From Phyllobates terribilis (Eukaryota), in NCBI RefSeq assembly GCF_046119375.1, contig NW_027362767.1, positions 137,516,001 to 137,580,000 of the forward strand: 64,000 nucleotides of DNA. Reading direction: 5' to 3'. Shown here piece by piece: positions 54,301 through 64,000 of this stretch. Numbering within the stretch: position 1 is the first letter of the stretch; each line of letters opens with the position of its first letter. The notes below the pieces were generated by a model. That model saw only the letters and a program-made list of their open reading frames with translations. It was not told where the DNA came from and did no database searches. Position numbers and translations under genes: made by a program.

Positions 54301-57300
54301 ACTACTATAATACTGCTCCTATGTACAAGAATATAACTACTATAATACTGCCCCCTATGTACAAGAATATATCTACTATAATACTGCCCCTATATACAAG
54401 AATATAACTACTATATTACTGCCCCTATGTACAAGAATATAACTACTATAATACTGCCCCATGTACAAGAATATAACTACTATAAAACTGCCCCTATGTA
54501 CAAGAATATAACTACTATAATACTGCCCCTATGTACAAGAATATAACTACTATAATACTGCTCCTATGTACAAGAATATAACTACTATAATACTGCCCCC
54601 TATGTACAAGAATATATCTAATATAATACTGCCCCTATATACAAGAATATAACTACTATAATACTGCCCCTATGTACAAGAATATAACTACTATAATACT
54701 GCCCCATGTACAAGAATATAACTACTATAATACTGCCCCTATGTATAAGAATATAACTACTATAATACTGTCCTCTATATACAAGAATATAACTACTATA
54801 ATACTGTTATGATCTGCTACAGAGACTAAGGAAAGACAGGAGATCTGTCCCTACAATAGAACTAAACTAGATCCCTACAATGTAACGGGGAACCTGATCC
54901 TGCGATCAGACCCGCTAAAGTCCTCGGCTAGTCTGTACGAAGACCTATAGATGTGAGGGAGGAATCCCTACAAGAACTAGGGACTGGGAAAAGTTGGACA
55001 CCTCCTAGCAGAAATCGTAGCAGTCAAAGACAAACACACAACAAAAAGTAAAGAGGTCAGAAGACCTAGCAAAACTAACAGAGAACGGCAACAGAGCACC
55101 AAGTTAGCTCAACAGTAGTAAATACAAATGAAGTCCAGCAATGCCAGGAGGGCGGAGCCGGATTAAATAGGCAAAACTGGTCATGTGACCAGCAAACTAA
55201 AAAAAACCTAACAGGAGAGTTGTAACAAATACTGCCCCTATGTACAAGAATATAACTACTATAATACTGCTCCCTATGTACAAGAATATAACTACTATAA
55301 TACTGCCCCTATGTACAAGAATATAACTACTATAATACTGCCTCCTATGTACAAGAATATAACTACTATAATACTGCTCCTATGTACAATAATATAACTA
55401 CTATAATACTGCTCCTATGTACAAGAATATAACTACTATAATACTGCCCCCTATGTACAAGAATATAACTACTATAATACTGCTCTTATGTACAATAATA
55501 TAACTACTATAATACTGCCCCTATGTACAAGAATATAACTACTATAATACTGCTCCTATGCACAAGAATATAACTAATATAATACTGCTCCTCTGTACAA
55601 GAATATAACTACTATAATACTGCTCCTATGTACTAGAATATATCTACTATAATACTGCCCCCTATGTACAGTACAAGAATATAACTACTATAATACTGTC
55701 CCCTATGTACAAGAATATAACTACAATAATACTGCCCCTATGTACAAGAATATAACTACTATAATACTGCTCCTATGTACAAGAATATACCTACTATAAT
55801 ACTGCCCCCTATGTACAAGAATATACTTACTATAATACTGACTCTGTGTACAAGAATATAACTACTACAATACTGCCCCCTAGGTGCAAGAATATAACTA
55901 CTATAATACTGCCCCCTGTGTACAAGAATATAACTAATATGATAATGTCCCCATGTACAAGAATATAACTACTATGATACTGTCCCCATGTACAAGAATA
56001 TAACTACTATAATACTGCTCCTATGTAGAAGAATATAACTACTATAATACTGCCCCCTATGCACAAGAATATAACTACTATAATACTGCCCCCTATGTAC
56101 AAGAATATAACTACTATAATACTGCCCCCTATGTACAAGAATATAGTTACTATAATACTGCCCCTATGTACAAGAATATAACTACTATAATACTGCTCCT
56201 ATGTACAAGAATATACCTACTATAATACTGCCCCCTATGTACAAGAATATAACTACTATAATACTGCCCCCTATGTACAAGAATATAACTACTAAAATAC
56301 TGCTCCTATGTACAAGAATATAACTACTATAATACTGCTCCTATGTACAAGAATATACCTACTATAATACTGCCCCCTATGTACAAGAATATACTTACTA
56401 TAATACTGCCCCCTACGTACAAGAATATAACTACTATAATACTGCCCCCTACGTACAAGAATATAACTACTATAATACTGCCCCCTGTGTACAAGAATAT
56501 AACTAATATGATACTGTCCCCATGTACAAGAATATAACTACTATGATACTGTCCCCATGTACAAGAATATAACTACTATAATACTGCTCCTATGTAGAAG
56601 AATATAACTACTATAATACTGCTCCTATGTACAAGAATATAACTACTATAATACTGCCCCTATGTACAAGAATACAACTACTATAATACTGTCCCCATGT
56701 ACAAGAATATAACTACTATGATACTGTCCCAATGTACAAGAATATAACTACTATAATACTGCTCCTATGTAGAAGAATATAACTACTATAATACTGCCCC
56801 CTATGTACAAGAATATAACTATATAATACTGCGCTCTATGTACAGTACAAGAATATAACTACTATAATACTGCCCCCTATGTACAAGAATATAACTACTA
56901 TAATACTGCTCCTATGTACAAGAATATAACTACTATAATACTGCTCCTATGTACAAGAATATACCTACTATAATACTGCCCCCTATGTACAAGAATATAC
57001 TTACTATAATACTGCCCCTGTGTACAAGAATATAACTACTACAATACTGCCCCCTATGTACAAGAATATAACTACTATAATACTGCCCCGTGTGTACAAG
57101 AATATAACTAATATGATACTGTCCCCATGTATAAGAATATAACTACTATGATACTGTCATCATGAACAAGAATATAACTACTATAATACTGCCCCCTATG
57201 TAGAAGAATATAACTACTATAATACTGCTCCTATGTACAAGAATATAACTACTATAATACTGCTCCTATGTACAAGAATATAACTACTATAATACTGCCC

Positions 57301-60300
57301 CCTATGTACAAGAATATACCTACTATAATACTGCCCACTATGTACAAGAATATAACTACTATAATACTGCCCCCTATGTACAAGAATATAACTACTATAA
57401 TACTGCTCCTATGTACAAGAATATAACTACTATAATACTGCTCCTATGTACAAGAATATACCTACTATAATACTGCCCCCTATGTACAAGAATATACTTA
57501 CTATAATACTGCCCCCTATGTACAAGAATATAACTACTATAATACTGCCCTCTATGTACAAGAATATAACTACTATGATACTGTCCCTGTGTACAAGAAT
57601 ATACCTACTACAATACTGCCCCCTATGTACAAGAATACAACTACTATAATACTGCTCCTATGTACAAGAATATAACTACTATAATACTGCCCCCTGTGTA
57701 CAAGAATATAACTAATATGATACTGTCCCCATGTACAAGAATATAACTACTATGATACTGTCCCCATGTACAAGAATATAACTACTATAATACTGCTCCT
57801 ATGTAGAAGACTATAACTACTATAATACTGCTCATATGTACAAGAATATAACTACTATAATACTGCCCCTATGTACAAGAATATAACTACTATAATACTG
57901 TCCCCATGTACAAGAATATAACTACTATGATACTGTCCCCATGTACAAGAATATAACTACTATAATACTGCCCCCTATGTACAAGAATATAACTACTATA
58001 ATACTGCTCCCTATGTACAAGAATATAACTACTATAATACTGCCCCTATGTACAAGAATATAACTACTATAATACTGCTCCTATGTACAAGAATATACCT
58101 ACTATAATACTGCCCACTATGTACAAGAATATAACTACTATAATACTGCCCCCTATGTACAAGAATATAACTACTATAATACTGCTCCTATGTACAAGAA
58201 TATAACTACTATAATACTGCTTCTATGTACAAGAATATACCTACTATAATACTGCCCCCTATGTACAAGAATATACTTACTATAATACTGCCCCCTATGT
58301 ACAAGAATATAACTACTTTAATTCTGCCTTCTATGTACAAGAATATAACTACTATGATACTGCCCCTGTGTACAAGAATATACCTACTACAATACTGCCC
58401 CCTATGTACAATAATACAACTACTATAATACTGCTCCTATGTACAAGAATATAACTACTATAATACTGCCCCCTGTGTACAAGAATATAACTAATATGAT
58501 ACTGTCCCCATGTACAAGAATATAACTACTATAATACTGCCCCCTGTGTACAAGAATATAACTAATATGATACTGTCCCCATGTACAAGAATATAACTAC
58601 TATAATACTGCCCCCTGTGTACAAGAATATAACTACTATAATACTGCTCCCTATGTACAAGAATATAACTACTATAATACTGCTCCTATGTAGAAGAATA
58701 TAACTACTATAATACTGCTCCTATGTACAAGAATATAACTACTATAATACTGCTCCTATGTACAAGAATATAACTACTATAATACTGCTCCTATGTACAA
58801 GAATATAACTACTATAATACTGCCCTCTATGTACAGTACAAGAATATAACTACAATAATACTGCCCCTATGTACAAGAATATAACTACTATAATACTGCT
58901 CCTATGTACAAGAATATAACTACTATAATACTGCTCCTATGTACAAGAATATACCTACTATAATACTGCCCCCTATGTACAAGAATATACTTACTATAAT
59001 ACTGACCCTGTGTACAAGAATATAACTACTACAATACTGCCCCCTATGTGCAAGAATATAACTACTATAATACTGCCCCCTGTGTACAAGAATATAACTA
59101 ATATGATACTGTCCCCATGTACAAGAATATAACTACTATGATACTGTCCCCATGTACAAGAATATAACTACTATAATACTGCTCCTATGTAGAACAATAT
59201 AACTACTATAATACTGCTCCTATGTACAAGAATATAACTGCTATAATACTGCCCCTATGTACAAGAATACAACTACTATAATACTGTCCCCATGTACAAG
59301 AATATAACTGCTATGATACTGTCCCCATGTACAAGAATATAGCTACTATAATACTGATCCTATGTAGAAGAATATAACTACTATAATACTGCCCCCTATG
59401 TACAAGAATATAACTACTATAATACTGCCCCCTATGTACAAGAATATAACTACTATAATACTGCCCCCTATGTACAAGAATATAGTTACTATAATACTGC
59501 CCCTATGTACAAGAATATAACTACTATAATACTGCTCCTATGTAGAAGAATATACCTACTATAATACTGCCCCCTATGTACAAGAATATAACTACTATAA
59601 TACTGCCCCCTATGTACAAGAATATAACTACTATAATACTGCTCCTATGTACAAGAATATAACTACTATAGTACTGCTCCTATGTACAAGAATATACCTA
59701 CTATAATACTGCCCCCTATGTACAAGGATATACTTACTATAATACTGCCCCCTACGTACAAGAATATAACTACTATAATACTGCCCCCTACGTACAAGAA
59801 TATAACTACTATAATACTGCCCCCTGTGTACAAGAATATAACTAATATGATACTGTCCCCATGTACAAGAATATAACTACTATGATACTGTCCCCATGTA
59901 CAAGAATATAACTACTATAATACTGCTCCTATGTAGAAGAATATAACTACTATAATACTGCCCCTATGTACAAGAATATAACTACTATAATACTGTCCCC
60001 ATGTACAAGAATATAACTACTATGATACTGTCCCCATGTACAAGAATATAACTACTATAATACTGCTCCTATGTAGAAGAATATAACTACTATAATACTG
60101 CTCCTATGTACAAGAATATAACTACTATAATACTGCCCCTATGTACAAGAATACAACTACTATAATACTGTCCCCATGTACAAGAATATAACTACTATGA
60201 TACTGTCCCCATGTACAAGAATATAACTACTATAATACTGCTCCTATGTAGAAGAATATAACTACTATAATACTGCCCCCTATGTACAAGAATATAAGTA

Positions 60301-60447
60301 TATAATACTGCCCTCTATGTACAGTACAAGAATATAACTACTATAATACTGTCCCCTATGTACAAGAATATAACTACTATAATACTGCCCCCTATGTACA
60401 AGAATATAAGTACTATAATACTGCTCCCTATGTACAAGAATATAACT
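51365..60447. repeat. ~9-kb array of the 35-36 bp CTATGTACAAGAATATAACTACTATAATACTGCCCC minisatellite
   Basis: Roughly 240 copies, interrupted by a solo LTR and ended by a Gypsy insertion. Confidence 0.99.
54805..55227 (-). mobile_element. Solo LTR (423 bp) related to Gypsy element 2
   Basis: TGTTATGATCTGC...TGTAACA, perfect 5-bp TSD AATAC; collinear similarity to 16329-16763. Confidence 0.93.
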
Positions 60448-61662
60448 TGTAGCATCGGCGTCTCTGTCCCGTTCTAGGCAGAGACGCCGTCCCTCTCACC
60501 TCCCCGCTCCTGGCGCGGCGTCCTCCAGCGCTTCTCTCCCCGCTGCTTCCGGCACGCGCTCCTTCCCCGGCAGTGTGCTTAGGGCGCGCGCGCGCTCCCC
60601 CTCTCTTAAAGGGACCGCGCGCGCCGTCCTAAGGAGTCCCCGGCCAATTGCCGGAGGACCTCCCATATAAAAGGCACCTCCTCCAAAATGGAGGTGCCCG
60701 AGCAATGTTGTAGCACTGTTCACTACTCTGCTTCAGCCCTCAGGTCCCGTTGCCAGTTACCTGCCAGATACCTGCCAGATTCCTGCCAGTCTGCTGTCTA
60801 ATTCCTGCCTGATATCCTGCTACCTGCCTGCTAGCCTGAGGTCCGACGGTCTGCCCTCCAACTTCTGTCAGTCTGTCTAAGGACCAGCTTGCCCGCTCAC
60901 CTGGGAGCGCACATCTTCTACCTGCCTGCTTGCCTGAGGTCCGACGGTCTGCCTTCCAACTCCTGTCAGTCTGTCTAAGGACCAGCTTGCCCGCTCACCT
61001 GGGAGCGCACATCTTCTACCTGCCTGCTTGCCTGAGGTCCAACGGTCTGCCTTCCAACTCCTGTCAGTCTGTCTAAGGACCAGCTTGCCCGCTCACCTGG
61101 GAGCGCTCATCTGCTGCCTGTCTGCTAGCCTACCAGGAGGCTCTGCCGTCACGTGCTGTGACCACCCGCCTGTCCAGAGACTCCTGCCCGCTCACCTGGG
61201 AGCGCTCATCTGCTACCTGTCTGTTGGTCTTCCTGGAGGCTCCGCCGTCACATGCTGTGACCACCCGTTTATCCAGAGACTCTCGCCTGCTCACCTGGGA
61301 GCTCACGTCTATCATCTGCCGCCACAGGTCGTACCAATCCTTTACCCAGAGACTGCCCCGGTCACTTGCCGTGACCTCCTGCCCGTTCATCCAGAGACTG
61401 CCCCGGTCACTTGCCGTGACCTCCTGCCCGTTCATCCAGAGACTGCCCCGGTCACTTGCCGTGACCTCCTGCCCGTTCATCCAGAGACTGCCCCGGTCAC
61501 TTGCCGTGACCTCCTGTCCGTTCATTCAGAGACTGTCCCAGTCACCTGCTGTGACTGCCTGCCCGTCTACCCTGGTCGCCACCCGCTCCCTTACAAGGAC
61601 CGCCCCCTTGTATAGTAGCTCAGAGGTTCCGCCTCCCAGACCCGTTACAGTTTGCTCGGGCC

Positions 61663-62613
61663 ATGGAACCCGGTGGCACCCAAGCTCCCTCGCTCTCGGA
61701 CCTGTGTCATGAACTGTCCCGTCAGAGGTCCCAACAGGAGTCCATCCTGGGTCACCTGCGGAATGTCAATTCTCGCCTGGACACTCTGACTGCTCTGCCT
61801 GCAACCACCGCCAGTGCCATGACTCGCAATCCGGCAGCTCCACTGCCCACTAATAACATGGTATCCTACCCCGGACCCCGGCTTTCTGCACCTCCTCGTT
61901 TCGGAGGCGACTCCGCCCAGGCTCGGGGCTTCATAAATCAGTGCACCCTGCACTTTGAACTCCTGTCTCACCAGTTTAACTCCGACCGGGCCAAAATTGC
62001 CTTCATCATGTCCCATCTCACCGGGGAGGCCCTGGCCTGGCTAAATCCTCTATGGGAGAGAGGAGACCCCCTGGTGTCCGACTTGCCTGCCTTTCTCACG
62101 GCTTTCCGGAAAGTCTTCGACGAACCCGGACGGAAGACCTCATCCGCATCATCTCTGCTACACCTCCGTCAGGGAAGTCTCACCGTGGGCCAATATGCCA
62201 TACGGTTCCGTACCCTTGCCTCGGAGCTGGCCTGGGATAATGACGCTCTGGTTTCCGTCTTCTGGGAGGGTCTGTCCGGCCGTATTAAAGATGAACTTGC
62301 CGGTCGGGACATTCCTACCACTCTCGATGACCTTATAACTCTTGCCACCCGGATTGACCTGCGGTTCCAGGAGCGTGCCAAAGAGGTCACCCGTGAGAGG
62401 AGGGTTCCACGTCTAGCTCCTACTTTCCAGAAACCCGTCACTCCCTCCGTCTCTCCTCAGCTACACTCTCCTGAGCCTATGCAGGTCGACCAGACCAAGA
62501 TGGTCGGTTCTCGCCAAGAATCTCGCCGAGCCGAGGGAAGCTGTTTCTATTGTGGCAGTATGAAGCACTTCATCCGTTCCTGCCCGGAAAAACCGGGAAA
62601 CGCCAGTGTCTAG
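61663..62613 (+). CDS. Gag of Gypsy element 3 (316 aa, intact)
   Basis: PPRFGGDS capsid start, [14 protein letters not shown] knuckle. Confidence 0.94.
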   Translation: MEPGGTQAPSLSDLCHELSRQRSQQESILGHLRNVNSRLDTLTALPATTASAMTRNPAAPLPTNNMVSYPGPRLSAPPRFGGDSAQARGFINQCTLHFELLSHQFNSDRAKIAFIMSHLTGEALAWLNPLWERGDPLVSDLPAFLTAFRKVFDEPGRKTSSASSLLHLRQGSLTVGQYAIRFRTLASELAWDNDALVSVFWEGLSGRIKDELAGRDIPTTLDDLITLATRIDLRFQERAKEVTRERRVPRLAPTFQKPVTPSVSPQLHSPEPMQVDQTKMVGSRQESRRAEGSCFYCGSMKHFIRSCPEKPGNASV

Positions 62614-64000
62614 GACCACTCGGAGAGGTCGTCCTAGACAAAAGTAAGCCCTCTCCGTCTCTGACCTTACCGGTCTCTATTGCTTGGGGAGAGAACCGTC
62701 TCTTTGAACTCGCCCATCTGGATTCTGGAGCTGCTGGAAACCTCATCTCCCAGTCTCTGGTAGAGAGATACCATATTCCCACCAAGTCCTTGGCTGAACC
62801 ATTGTCAGTCGCCTCCGTTGATGGAAGACTTCTCTCGGAGACCATCCTGCTCGTCACCGAACCCATAACCCTGCAGGTGGGAATGCTGCACTCTGAGGAG
62901 ATCTCATTCCATGTGCTGTCCGGACTTTCTCACTCCCTGTTGCTAGGTCTACCTTGGCTCCAGACACATGAACCCGTATTGAACTGGCGGTCCGGTGAAG
63001 TACTCCGATGGGGTCCTGACTGCCATAGGACCTGCCTGGTCCCAGTCCGTCCACTTCGCCCTCAGCCTACTCCAGCTAACTTACCTGGTCTCCCGGCTCC
63101 CTACTGGCCCTATGCGGACGTCTTCGGTAAGAAGGAAGCTGAGACGTTGCCACCCCATAGGCCATACGATTGCCCGATCGACCTGGTACCTGGCACCACT
63201 CCTCCCCGTGGGCGTATCTACCCGTTGTCTGCAGCCGAGACCCGAGCCATGTCTGAGTACATTGAAGAGAATCTGGCTAGGGGATTTATCCGAAAATCTA
63301 CCTCCCCGGCTGGAGCCGGATTCTTCTTTGTCAAAAAGAAAGACGGCTCGCTACGTCCCTGTATTGACTACAGAGGACTCAATCTCATCACGGTAAAAAA
63401 CAAATATCCCCTGCCACTCATCTCCGAATTGTTTGACCGTCTCAAGGGCGCCAGGATCTTCTCCAAGCTGGATCTACGAGGAGCGTATAATCTGGTCCGT
63501 ATCCGTCAAGGAGACGAGTGGAAGACGGCATTCAATACCCGGGACGGTCACTACGAGTACCTTGTGATGCCCTTCGGTCTCTGTAATGCTCCCGCGGTCT
63601 TTCAGGAACTAGTCAACGACATCTTCCGTGACCTCCTGTACTCCTGCGTAGTGGTATACCTGGACGATATCTTGGTCTTCTCTCCGGATCTCCCCACACA
63701 CCGGAGGGATGTTCGTCAGGTCCTGCTTACGCTTCGGCAGAACCACCTTTACGCCAAATACGAGAAGTGCCTCTTCGATCAGACCTCCCTTCCGTTCTTG
63801 GGCTATGTCATCTCCCAAACAGGTCTGCAAATGGATCCCGAGAAGCTCTCTTCCGTTCTAAAATGGCCTCGTCCTGAAGGTTTGAAGGCGATACAGCGAT
63901 TCCTGGGCTTCGCTAATTATTATCGTCTTTTCATCCCACACTTCTCGTCTCGGACTGCTCCCATATCTGCACTTACCCGTAAGGGGTCTAACCCCAGGAC
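62601..64000 (+). CDS. Pol of Gypsy element 3 (protease + RT), open to window end, reached by -1 frameshift
   Basis: Manual translation from 62601: HLDSGAAGN protease, [54 protein letters not shown] with no stop in ~466 codons (absent from ORF track because it has no stop in the window). Confidence 0.92.

Larger units (their letters stand above)
60448..64000 (+). mobile_element. Ty3/Gypsy element 3 (5' LTR, gag, start of pol), runs off the right edge
   Basis: LTR 60448-61649 (TGTAGC...GTTACA) with TATAAAA 60666 and internal ~100-bp and 48-bp tandem repeats; gag then pol in the -1 frame. Confidence 0.96.

Noticed and set aside
61028-61712. 184-195 aa ORFs with repeated PVHPETAPVTCRDLL
   Set aside because: Translations of 48-bp tandem repeats inside the LTR.

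Overview
Vertebrate genomic DNA, almost certainly a frog (inferred from the gene models and the TE/minisatellite repertoire). Seven host genes can be built with GT-AG junctions: PPOX (-, first four coding exons, runs off the left edge), an intronless XCR1-like chemokine receptor (+), EIF3F (-, 8 exons), CFAP126/Flattop (+, 5 exons), SDHC (-, 6 exons), MPZ (+, 6 exons) and the last exon of PCP4L1 (-). The PCP4L1-MPZ-SDHC-CFAP126 block matches human 1q23.3. The rest is repeat-derived: three Ty3/Gypsy chromovirus-type LTR elements, two solo LTRs, four Tc1-like transposons, MITEs, large minisatellites and a degenerate tandem array of XCR1-like TM1-TM3 fragments. Best observations: (1) MPZ stops at TAG-CAA-TTA, the exact TMV leaky-stop context, followed by a conserved 67-codon L-MPZ extension; (2) all three Gypsy families lack a tRNA PBS and instead carry a PBS complementary to the LTR sequence ~28-30 nt after a TATA-like box, the Tf1/sushi self-priming layout; (3) slippery heptamer + hairpin -1 frameshift signals at two gag-pol junctions, one in an element whose pol is open to the window edge; (4) five dead receptor fragments arranged in two duplicated blocks; (5) a 193-bp EIF3F/CFAP126 bidirectional promoter with an RFX-like box. 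All coordinates were counted by hand and may be off by a few bases for repeat boundaries.
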